Shown here: in pieces, positions 1 through 10,021 of the stretch
Layout: each line of letters opens with the position of its first letter
Position numbering within the stretch: the first letter of the stretch is position 1
Assembly (NCBI GenBank): GCA_950097015.1
Contig: CATNEN010000001.1
Location: 26,412,001-26,476,000, forward strand
Source: Macrostomum hystrix
Lineage: Eukaryota; Animalia; Platyhelminthes
DNA: 64,000 nt
Direction: 5' to 3'
Program-made: the position numbers and the translations under genes
Notes under the pieces: model-generated
The model's database searches: none
What the model was told of the DNA's origin: nothing
What the model saw: the letters and a program-made list of their open reading frames with translations, nothing else

Positions 1-2185
1 TCTCTGTTGTACGCAAATTATTTTGGTATTTTAAATGCCTGTTCCAGCGCCAATCGCATCTCAGTGCAGCGACCAGTAGCTCAAAGTCGCAAAGACAGTC
101 GTTCTCATTATGTTTTGCATTGACTGTATGCTTTTGCAATCATGCGTCTTTTTCAGGAAAGCAAAATACACTTCAGATCAATCTTGGCGAGGCAGGTGCT
201 GTTTTATTAGTTAGTTTTTGGCTCATCGAAAAGCCCTTTCTATCGGCAAAAACTAACGCCGCTTGCACATTCAAAACCGTTTGTTGATGTGCAAAGCTGT
301 TATGATAAGAAACATGGTTATTGACCTTTTTAAGGTTTCTGATAGCTGTGATATAAATTTTCAACTTAAGGCTGCGTAGAAAGAGCACAAACCAACTCCT
401 AACACCCAACTGGCGACTAGTAAACTCGCTTGTCATTAGAGCATTTAACCTTTTTTGGACTCTTCATGATGCCTCTAATATAAATTTTCATATTGGTTCA
501 TCTAATTCACTTAATCGATTTTGTTAAACAATGTGAGTTGCTTAAAGATTAAAAATGAATGTGAATGAACCTCAGATTTAACCAGTTTTGACACGCGAAC
601 CGGAAAGACAATATCTTCCAGTAAAGTCGCGATTCATTGTATGTGCTATTGGATTCTCAAGCAAATAGAGCTTATAACGCGTGCTCAAACTGAAAGCAAA
701 TCAAAACCTCCTGCAAAACGAGCGATGCCAGGAATTTGATTGACTGTAGGAATTCACGTGACTTTGCGTGTGTCTGGAAAGATTTTAACACCCATAGCAC
801 TGCGAGGGCTGGAGCTGATAAACCGCCCAGGCACTGTAGCTAGCTACCAGAGAGAACTCATATTTACTGAATGCGCTTTGCAAAATGTGAAACATGAGGC
901 TCCCAGATTTACAGAGCTATTCGATAAAGATCACACATCGCATTTGCAAGCTTGTTGCTAGTTAGCAAACACAATACTGAGTTGCAAATGACAAATCAAA
1001 CATGATTCCACATTCCACAATGTCTTTGGAGAGAACTCGTTAAAAGAAGCCCTTTTGATGGCGATATTTCAATGCGGCATTTTAAAAATGTCCTTGCTAG
1101 TCGAAGGCAGAACGAACGAAAAGCTGTTCTGCGAATCTTATTTTATGATTTATCGGATGATAATTCCAACATTGGATAATGCGAGTTCGGATAAGAATTA
1201 ACTTCCGCATGGTCCGCCTTTTCAAATCAGTCGGATTTGCTCTACCAGCCGATCGCATGTAGAAATTTTTGAAGTGAATTTCTAAAATAAGCAATGCCAT
1301 CACGTCCTGGTTTGAAATTGCCAGAAGCTAAAGTAAGAAATAGGAAATTATTCCCGAATCCCCGGAGGTGCTGCGCCTTATAGGGTCTGCTTGACGGGCC
1401 CGTGTTGGCCTGTGTCAGGACGCACCCACGTGGCCAGCACACTCGTAGGGGACACGGTTGCGTCGACCAGCTTCAGCAAGGCGTCAGGACACACGGATGA
1501 CCCCTTTCTGTCACGCGAAAGAATTGAGTCGAGGAAGCAACTTACTTTTAGTTGCACTTGGCGCCCGCTGAACTTTTCCACAGGCAGATCGGATTGGCCG
1601 TTTATTTGCTCAGGGTTCAGGTAAGTTGCGAGTGAATCTGACGTCAAGAGCTTAGTCGGAAAATAGAAGGTAAGAGCGAAGGACTAGCTACCCCACAGAG
1701 CCGCGAATTTATAATACCTAGGCTCAACAGGGGCCGGGTAGGCACCAACGCCCACCCCATAACCCCCGGCCCCATTACCCCAACCGAGACAAATCACGGC
1801 GCAGCTGGGGGAAGGGCAGCCCGGGCGAGGGCCGGACAGGGTCGGCCCAGCCAATCAACGTGCACCAACCAGTAATTGCTCTAACACAGCAGCAAATAAA
1901 GCTTGGGAGCTAAGCGGCTTACGCAACTGATAACACGAAAGAGCATACCGCGTGGGGGCAATTAAGGTGCGCCTACACTGCAAGGTACACGGACACAACG
2001 ATACAACACAATGTTTTATTGATACAACACAAAGAACATAACAGCCTGCCAAAAAAATAATTAAGTCAGAAAGTTGGTAGGACAAGCTCAAAAGTTATTT
2101 AGTAGCTTCATTAGACTAGATTAGAGTGGGCGGCACTTAAACTCCGATTTATAAAAGACGAGAAAAGACTAAATAGGCAAAAAAT

Positions 2186-3226
2186 TCAATATCCACAGAA
2201 GCGGTTCAGCTCAGCGATCTCAGCGACTCCGAGGGCGGCCTTCGCGATGGCGTAGCAAATGAAGCGACCTTTCAGAGCTCCTCCAGCTCGAGAGTTGCTG
2301 CCCAGCCTCAGGCACTGTGGCAAGCCTTGAAAGCCAGGAAACTGGGCACTTCCGCCATTGGCCGATCCGTTGAAGTAGAAGGTGGCGAAGTTCGATGCAG
2401 TGTAGACGGCAGCAACAGACACATCTTGGGCGACATTGCTCATGCTCACCAGACCAGGTCCAGACGACTGGAAGGCTACAATCTTTGCACTGCTCGGTCC
2501 TGAGAACGGGTGACTCACGTACAGCTGGGTGGTTTTATCAGAAAATTCACCTCTGATGTTTCCACTGCAGTCGTGAAACAGGTGGTAGCCCTGCTCATTG
2601 AAGGTCTGTCTGACGAGCCTCGCGTAGAAGGTAAAGTTGTGAGTATAGTCCAGGTAGCTGGTCGCCAGTGTGTTTCCAGCAGTGTCCACATCGATGAAGG
2701 CCGAGACGCTTCCAGGAAAATGAGCGCCCTGGGTGTCTCTCTCGACAGAGCCTTGAGGAGTGGCCGAGTACATCGCTGGGTTGATGAGGTTCGTGTATCC
2801 CTGTCTGAAGTCGAACAGAATCACCAGCTTTGACCCGAGGGCGGAGCTCACACCTGGAGTGCTGGGTGGGGTAGCCGACGTGGTAGGAGGAAGTTGTTGT
2901 TTTCTGAAGCTGACGCAGCCATCGGAGCCGTCAGAGCCGCTGCTCAGATCCCACAGAGAGGCCAGCTCGGAGCTGCTGCCATGGTAGCACCTTGAGCTCG
3001 ACTTCGAGAAGTGAACTCCAGCGCAGAGGTCGGAGAGCACGCAGGCAAGAACACAGTCGGCCAGGTCTTTCATGCCACTTTCAGGCCTCAGCGCAGCCAG
3101 GTTCGCAAGCGATGGACAACTCAGAAACGAGTTGAGAGTCGAAGACGTTTGGCTTGCTTCTAATCTTTTGGGCAGCGTCAGAGCAAGAAGTAGAAGTGAA
3201 ACATAATTTGAGTTGCAATTAAACAT
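2186..3226 (-). CDS. Secreted PAN/Apple + S/T linker + ConA/LamG-like protein, paralog 1 (346 aa, intronless)
   Basis: ATG-initiated ORF with hydrophobic signal peptide (VSLLLLALTL), Apple-type Cys pattern CP..C-x3-C-x5-C..CYHG..GCVSF and short PTT linker. The C-terminal beta-rich domain ends LKGRFICYAIAKAAL...EIAEL, resembling the Laminin_G_3/pentraxin C-terminus. Confidence 0.9.
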   Translation of the reverse strand: MFNCNSNYVSLLLLALTLPKRLEASQTSSTLNSFLSCPSLANLAALRPESGMKDLADCVLACVLSDLCAGVHFSKSSSRCYHGSSSELASLWDLSSGSDGSDGCVSFRKQQLPPTTSATPPSTPGVSSALGSKLVILFDFRQGYTNLINPAMYSATPQGSVERDTQGAHFPGSVSAFIDVDTAGNTLATSYLDYTHNFTFYARLVRQTFNEQGYHLFHDCSGNIRGEFSDKTTQLYVSHPFSGPSSAKIVAFQSSGPGLVSMSNVAQDVSVAAVYTASNFATFYFNGSANGGSAQFPGFQGLPQCLRLGSNSRAGGALKGRFICYAIAKAALGVAEIAELNRFCGY

Positions 3227-4750
3227 TTTAAAAAAATTATTTGATGCTTTTGCGACTTTGATGTCAGGTAGTCTATAACTTTTATTTTATTTCTTTGCTT
3301 GCCTACTAGGGCTTATATTTAAAGGCTTTCACCTCATTTGTCTTCCGGCTTTGAGAGTCTTCACAGTGGCCAATGCGCAGCCTCCATAACATGTTTGAGT
3401 TCTTGGGAGTCGCAGGTGCTTGGCTGCGCTGTTGCTATGCAGTTTTTCTTGCTGATTTCTTGGCAATGGTACCGCTCTCTTCCGTCGGAGAATTTCTCTT
3501 GCTTTTGCTTTTCACAGGGTTGGTTGTTAGGGTGGGTTGTACTTCGGATATTATTTTATGTTCGTTTTCCGAAGCAGAAACAATGGCCCATTCATCTGAA
3601 TGCACTTCCTGCAGGCTGGTTTTACTTGGTGTCCCGCACCGCTCGACTGTCGGCTTGGAAGAATTTTGTTCGCTTCTTCACTCCAAGTCTTGTGGAATTT
3701 TTTTGTTTTTTTTTCTTTCGAGTTTGCAACAAAATGAGTTTACAATTGACAATAGCTTGTAGTATAAGGTTGTATAGGCATTATTATTCCGAAACAGGTG
3801 TTTTGTACCTTAATTCAAAGACAAACAGGAAGTAATCTTGGATTTTTCGACATGCTCCGGACCATGAATCAGATACTAGAAGATTTTTTCGGATAAGAAA
3901 GTAAATCTTTTTTCTAGGCCTCTATTTAGACAACGGACTTCAGGCTTTAAAGTACATGCTTTGTTTAAGTCTTAGAAGCTTTATATGTTTTAAGGATTAT
4001 TTTAACAAAATAAGCATTTGAATTTTTCATGCATTTGACGCAAATTGATGATTTTACGGTGTAAACAACATTTACATTGTATAGTACAGTAAATTTTTCT
4101 TTGAAATGTTATTCACTTATGTACACCGTACTTCAAACGCTGAAACATTGTTTCTTTAATTTTTAGCATCTTTGTTTTCTATATTAAGGCCTAGAAACCA
4201 CGGCTATTAAGGCCCATGCCTAGCCTCAAAATCTAAACTCTCCAGAAAGAAAGAATGACGAATGTTAGTACATTGAAACCGTTCGCAAATTTTAGATTCC
4301 ACAGGCTTAAATTCCGCATGCAATGACGTTCAACTCAAAAGCAACACTTTGAGCTACTTGTAGTAAGCTTCTCGGAGCTGGTTTCTCGTTTCGCCAGTTT
4401 ATTTCCAAAGAAACAAAGGTGAGGTCTTTTTTCGTGCGTACCAGTAGGCACCGTATTTACCTTCTAAAACTTAGGTGCTAAAACTTATTGACATCGAAAT
4501 TATGCAAAGGAAGCTAATTTGTTGGAGTATCGAAATACGGAGTCCGCAGAAACAATTCTCTATCCCAAACGGATAAAACTGGCTAGCTGGTCGATAGCCT
4601 TCTTCAGAATATTTAAGAATACTTATACTAATAAGTATCGAATACTCATACGCTCATAAGTAAAAAGTAAATAAATAAGCAAAACAAATCTGCCTAATCA
4701 ATGTAAGCAACTTTCATTCTGACGATAAAGTAAAATGAATTCACACAAAC

Positions 4751-4816
4751 GGCTTCCTTATCGGCTCTGCCGTTGAAGTAACGGGTGGCGAAGTTCCGTC
4801 CGTTATAGCAGCAGCA
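4751..4816 (-). pseudogene. Short remnant of a LamG-domain paralog
   Basis: Minus strand reads YNGRNFATRYFNGRADKEA versus YTASNFATFYFNGSANGGSA in paralogs 1 and 2. Confidence 0.6.
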
Positions 4817-4936
4817 TGGTACGTATAGTGTATTTCAATGGTTAAAAATACTTTATTAATTTAGTTTTGTCACTAGGACTCTTGTCCTTGCATGCTCATA
4901 TCTCGATTTGTCAGTTCATTCAAACAAATGAATGAA

Positions 4937-6058
4937 TCAGTAGCCACAGAAGCGGTTCAGCTCAGCGATCTCAGCGACTCCGAGGGCGGCCTTCGCGATG
5001 GCGTAGCAAATGAAGCGACCTTTCAGAGCTCCTCCAGCTCGAGAGTTGCTGCCCAGCCTCAGGCACTGCGGCAAGCCTTGAAAGCCAGGAAACTGGGCAC
5101 TTCCGCCATTGGCCGATCCGTTGAAGTAGAAGGTGGCGAAGTTGGATGCAGTGTAGACGCCAGCAACAGACACATCCTGGGCGACATTGTTCATGCTCAC
5201 CAGACCAGGTCCAGACGACTGAAAGGCTACAATCTTTGCACTGCTCGGTCCTGAGAACGGATGACTCACGTACAGCTGGGTGGTTTTATCAGAAAATTCA
5301 CCTCTGATGTTGCCACTGCAGTCGTGAAACAGGTGGTAGCCCTGCTCATTGTAGGTCTGTCTGACGAGCCTCGCGTAGAAGGTAAAGTTGTGAGTATAGT
5401 CCAGGTAGCTGGTCGCCAGTGTGTTTCCAACAGTGTCCACATCGATGAAGGCCGAGACGCTTCCAGGAAAATGAGCGCCCTGGGTGTCTCTCTCGACAGA
5501 GCCTTGAGGAGTGGCCGAGTACATCGCTGGGTTGATGAGGTTCGTGTATCCCTGTCTGAAGTCGAACAGAATCACCAGCTTTGACCCGAGGGCGGAGCTC
5601 AGACCTGCGACGCCGGTTTCTAGAGACAATGTCGTGGCTTTTGGTTCTGCCGCTGAAGTCATCATTGAAGCATCTGGACCGGACGTCGTTTCTGGAATGG
5701 CCAGAGGGACTATTGTGGAGATAGGTGACATAGTTCTATAGCTGACGCAGCCATCGGAGCCGTTAGAGACGCTGCTCTGGTCCCACCGAGAAGCCAGCTC
5801 GGAGCTGCTGCCATGGTAGCACCTTGAGCTCGCTTTCGAGAAGTGCACTCCAGCGCAGAGATCCGAAAGCACGCAAGATAGCGTACAGTCGGCCAGGTCT
5901 TTCATGTCACGGACTGACATTAGCGCGGCCAGGTTGGCAGGGGACGGACATCTCAGAAACAATTTGAGTACTGTGGACTTTTGACTCGCCGTGCTTTGTT
6001 CCGCCATCGTGAGAGCAAGAAGAAATGTTAAAGAGTCGGTGAAAAGCTTTCCCTTCAT
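4937..6058 (-). CDS. Secreted PAN/Apple-LamG protein, paralog 2 (373 aa)
   Basis: Same architecture as paralog 1 with a near-identical LamG domain and a longer Thr/Ser/Pro linker. Confidence 0.9.
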   Translation of the reverse strand: MKGKLFTDSLTFLLALTMAEQSTASQKSTVLKLFLRCPSPANLAALMSVRDMKDLADCTLSCVLSDLCAGVHFSKASSRCYHGSSSELASRWDQSSVSNGSDGCVSYRTMSPISTIVPLAIPETTSGPDASMMTSAAEPKATTLSLETGVAGLSSALGSKLVILFDFRQGYTNLINPAMYSATPQGSVERDTQGAHFPGSVSAFIDVDTVGNTLATSYLDYTHNFTFYARLVRQTYNEQGYHLFHDCSGNIRGEFSDKTTQLYVSHPFSGPSSAKIVAFQSSGPGLVSMNNVAQDVSVAGVYTASNFATFYFNGSANGGSAQFPGFQGLPQCLRLGSNSRAGGALKGRFICYAIAKAALGVAEIAELNRFCGY

Positions 6059-6135
6059 TTTTAGCAGAGGAAATGAACCTTTCTTTCAGCGCAACTGAAC
6101 GGCAGAGTAATAAGTCATAAGTGTATCTTTGCGTC

Positions 6136-6143
6136 TCTTTATA
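6136..6143 (-). promoter_or_regulatory. Putative TATA box of paralog 2
   Basis: TATAAAGA about 80 bp upstream of the ATG, with a CCAAT at about 6164-6168. Confidence 0.45.
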
Positions 6144-7224
6144 GTTGAGCTAAGGAGTTTTAATTGGCCGTTGCTATGTAGTTTGGAGCTTTTGCCTTTG
6201 TTTGAACTATTATTCAGAATAGTTCCTTGAGTAAGTTTTTCTGAGCTTTGTGTTTGATTGAGCTAATTGCTTTTGGTCTGGTCATTGTGATTCAGCTCGT
6301 CAAACAGAGAAATCTGGTCAAAAGCCTATTTAGAGAGCTGATGAGAAATATGATCACATATTTGCTTAGCTCAACCTTTTGCAAGAAAAAGAGACATTTC
6401 TACTCGTCTTAAAATAATAAGAAAAACTTATTGTGATTTCAACGTCAATTGCCTACAATGTTTCCGCTTTAGCTCGTACCACCGGTAGTCGCATAAGTTT
6501 TTAATTAGCTGGTTTGGATGCTCAAAGTCAGCTCAAACTTTTATTTTGTTATATATTAACAATTTTTGTTGAAATACAATAATAATCGAAAACAAAGACA
6601 AAGTTGTAAAGTTAGGCAGACAGATTGACCGTTGAGTTGATCGTAATTACCGGAGTGAGTTAAAGAGATCAAGCAAACGTATTGATTTTTAGCTCTGCGA
6701 ACCTAATTTCTACCAAATGGTTCTTTTGGTATATTTTGGACTTACAATTCAAGAACCCCATTGCTTTTTTATTAATAAAAATTAGCGACTACCTCAGAGC
6801 CGCTGTGTCACATCAATTCATTCGAGATTTAAAACTGCTGTTAAACTTCTGTTTTTATATTTGCGCTACTTAAAGTACTCTCTCAGATAACAGAAGTCAG
6901 GTGCACACGCAAACGGCTTATTCTATGCAGGTTATGCCACTTATGCGCAATAGATTTTAGGGCCACCTTTCCTTTGACCCGGCTGGTGCTGATGTACTAT
7001 AGTCATTGGCATGGTTAAATGTCTTAGTTTTGTTTTAGTCCGGGTTTAGTTGATGAACTCTTAGCAAAACTCATGAGGAATGCAGTTCTTATGACCTGAT
7101 TTAGATTGGCCAAAGTGCCGAGGTTTGATTCTGTCGGACACACCAGATCAGAACTCAGTTGGGCTTGCTTCTCAGTGGCAGGTTACGAGTGCCAGTCTTC
7201 ACGCGGAGCAAAACGCGAGGGCTA

Positions 7225-8286
7225 TTTTCCAAAAGCATCCCGAATATAACATGCAAAATTTTCGCATATTTATCCTGCGATAACATGTTACCGTGTTACA
7301 GAATTCGAGCATTTCTATGAAAGTAAATCGTGAAAGCAAACGTATAAATTGTAACTAGCTTATTGTTACTACATGTCAGTGTTACTTTGCAGGTCCTGTG
7401 ATGTATCTCTAGTTGTTATAGTTTTGCATTTCTATAGTATTTGGACTTATATTTCAAGCGCTGAAAGTATTCATTAATATAAAATGACTATTTAATAATA
7501 TATAATAAATTATAATGGAACTGTAACACGGTAACATGTTATCGCAGGATAAATATGCGAAACTTTTGCATTGTGACGAAATGAATTGACAGGAAGCTTC
7601 GGCGCACGCTCAATCCAATTGTAGTTAGTAATCAGTGCAGTATAGTGTAGCGGTAGCACTCTTAAATTCTTGTTTATTATTGCGACAACCACTGGGACAC
7701 GTGACAAGCAATATAGTAAGTTAATTAGAGGACAGGTGCAGGAGCTCGACGTGGACAACAATATGAGTGGCGAGTATAAGTGATTACAGTGGCCGGGACA
7801 CGCAAGACACGATAGGACAGGAACAGTGGAGGAAGGAAGGACAGGCTCAGAACCAGAACAAATAGGCAGGGATCAGAACAGGCAAGTGAGTAAGGAAGGA
7901 CAGGCTCAGAATCAGTGGAGCGCAAGCGGGCCTAAAGCCCTTGGTTAAATAAACTAGCCAGTCTAAAGAACAGGGCGATCGATAACTCTGGCCAGACAGA
8001 GCTCGCACGCTCATTGGCTGAGGGAAAATACATTGAACCACGCGTAGGAAATAAGCTAGAATGGCGCGATGTGCGTTAACGGTTACTTACAGTAGTGCTC
8101 TAACCATTTGAATTAGTTACATGAAACAGCAGAAGTGGATGAAATTACACGATATGAGTTAAAACGGCCCAAGCTAGTACGCACGCAAATTAGCTATGTA
8201 AATTAACACGTAAATTAAATTGCTAGGGGGCGCTTACAACAAGTGACAACGTCACAGCATGTTATATTCGGGATGCTTTTGGAAAA
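7225..8286. mobile_element. MITE/foldback element with ~76-bp TIRs; right TIR split by a solo LTR
   Basis: 7225-7300 (TTTTCCAAAAGCATCCCGAATATAACATGC...GTGTTACA) is the near reverse complement of 7521-7571 plus 8261-8286. Confidence 0.8.
7572..8256 (-). mobile_element. Solo LTR (4-bp TSD, gypsy-like)
   Basis: Termini TGTGACG...CGTCACA, flanked by a GCAT duplication (7568-7571 and 8257-8260); AATAAA on the minus strand near 7675. Confidence 0.8.
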
Positions 8287-8299
8287 CATAGGTGAAAAC

Positions 8300-8600
8300 G
8301 TACACATTGCAAAGGCCATGCAATTTTTCCTCCTTGGAAAGACCATGGGACTATTTCAAAATACAAGATAGTTCCAAAACCGAACGACCGATTTTCGTGA
8401 AAGTCCACCACATGGATGAACTGAACTGACTTTCAAAGCCGTCCAACGTCACCGTGGTAGATATATTCAGTGATTCTTGTCGAAATCACTAGTGACAATC
8501 ATGGCAATTGGTTGAATATTTTGGGAGACACAGAAAAAATAGATATATGGGTACTTAAAATACCCCATGGTCTTCTACTGCTAGGAGTATCGTCGGTTTA
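8300..8600. mobile_element. Degenerate, reverse-oriented copy of the MITE family at 35550-36006
   Basis: GACCGATTTTCGTGAAAGTCCACCA near 8386-8410 is the reverse complement of TGGTGGACTTTCA(C/G)GAAAATCGGTC seen at ~14090 and ~35905. Confidence 0.5.
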
Positions 8601-9213
8601 TTTATCCTACTTTCGTTCTTCTTGCATCTTTTCCACAATTGTATGGGTTTTGTATTGTCGCTTGTATGTTGAGTCCTGTTTTAGAAAACACTTTGAAGGA
8701 ACCATAGGCAAGATGAGTTGGCTTGCTTGACTTCTGCTTTCACAACAATAATGCTTCTGTTTTTTGGAAACTATAGTAACTTTTTTATTGGCAGCAGAGT
8801 GAAGTGTGCCTTCAAAGTGAAGAGGCCAACGAGTGCTTCAAGACGAGTCAACTGCGCAAACAGCTCAAGCTGAGCAGAGCTTTTGAGTGAATCCCATATT
8901 TCCAAGCCCCTCGCTCTCGCCATCGCGCACACTGTGACTGTTGGCATTTATTTTTCTCGTGCTATTATGTGTACGTACGCATCTAAAAAAAATTGGATAA
9001 CTGAGCATAGAATATCACTGAATTCAGTCCGTATCAGCTACAATATAGCCTTTGCTCAAGACAAATTTCTGACAAGGAGACCATCTAAAGTTCAGGCTGA
9101 TAAAAATGTCTTTCAATTCCAGAGTCCCAGTGTCTTCTCCAGCGTCTGGCGCAGCGGAAAATAGGCCGACGAGAAAGGTGGTGTCCACCCGCGCCCAATG
9201 CTCCTGAGGAGTG

Positions 9214-9699
9214 CTAGCCCGGAGCTCGTGCTTGCTGCATCTGCTGCATTCGTTGCATCGGTGCCGTTGATTTGAGTTGTGGCAAAGTTGTAGCTTGAGC
9301 AGAATCATCCGACTTCGAGTTGGTTTCTGGTATTGCAGGTGTCGCTCCTTGAGTCCCAGGCGCTTGTGACGGAGCTAAAAGTGTTAACGAATGCTTAATG
9401 AAGCTCAAGCACCCGAATGTCCCGAAGCTTGGCTGACTAGAGTACAAAGCTAACTGCTCGGGTCCGCCAAAGTAGCACACCGAGTCCTCGGACCTGTGCA
9501 CAATTTCACACCTGGGCAAAGTGGAACACGCCATCAAGCAGTACGCCGAGTTTGGTGCGCCCTCGAGCTTGCTCAGGACTTTCAGACCTAGCTCTGTAGG
9601 GCCGATTGAGTAGGGTGCGAATTGCACTTTCTTGTTGAGCATGCAGTCACAGCGCATTAGTGCTGCCAAGCACAGCAGAATGTAAGTCTCACGGAGCAT
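9214..9699 (-). CDS. Secreted PAN/Apple-only paralog 3 (161 aa, no LamG domain)
   Basis: Signal peptide, then YCLMACSTLPRCEIVHRSEDSVCYFG...GCLSF, a T/P/Q tail and TAG. No LamG sequence is recognisable downstream in any frame. TATAAAAA at 9743-9750. Confidence 0.75.
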   Translation of the reverse strand: MLRETYILLCLAALMRCDCMLNKKVQFAPYSIGPTELGLKVLSKLEGAPNSAYCLMACSTLPRCEIVHRSEDSVCYFGGPEQLALYSSQPSFGTFGCLSFIKHSLTLLAPSQAPGTQGATPAIPETNSKSDDSAQATTLPQLKSTAPMQRMQQMQQARAPG

Positions 9700-10021
9700 T
9701 GCATTGAACTGGTGTCTAATTACAATTCTGAAAGAGACTTCATTTTTATATCTTTCGTATTGCGCTGGGTTTCGACTCTTTCAGCTACAATCAGGATTAT
9801 TCAGAACACTTAAGGGCCCTTGCGAGAGAGTCTTCGGATGAATAAGGAGGCTGAAGTAGGCTTCAGTAGACTCATAGCACACCATTTTTAAAGTGTGCTC
9901 CACTGCATTCTCTAAAGTTCATCAAACACATTCATCTATTGTTAGTGATTATCATTTTCAAATTTGGTGTACTTTTCTGATAGCAGACAGTAGGCCGAGA
10001 ATACAAACCATTTCAAGAAGA

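Noticed and set aside
1560-1576. TGGCGCCCG as an LTR primer-binding site
   Set aside because: The match to the tRNA-Lys PBS stops after 9 nt, and no upstream LTR ending in CA abuts it.
3338-3835. 165-aa and 129-aa hydrophobic ORFs
   Set aside because: No recognisable domain; T-rich sequence explains the hydrophobic translation.
2510-5741. Plus-strand ORFs overlapping the paralogs (e.g. 2510-2833, 5261-5584)
   Set aside because: Antisense shadows of the real genes; they recur only because the genes are duplicated.
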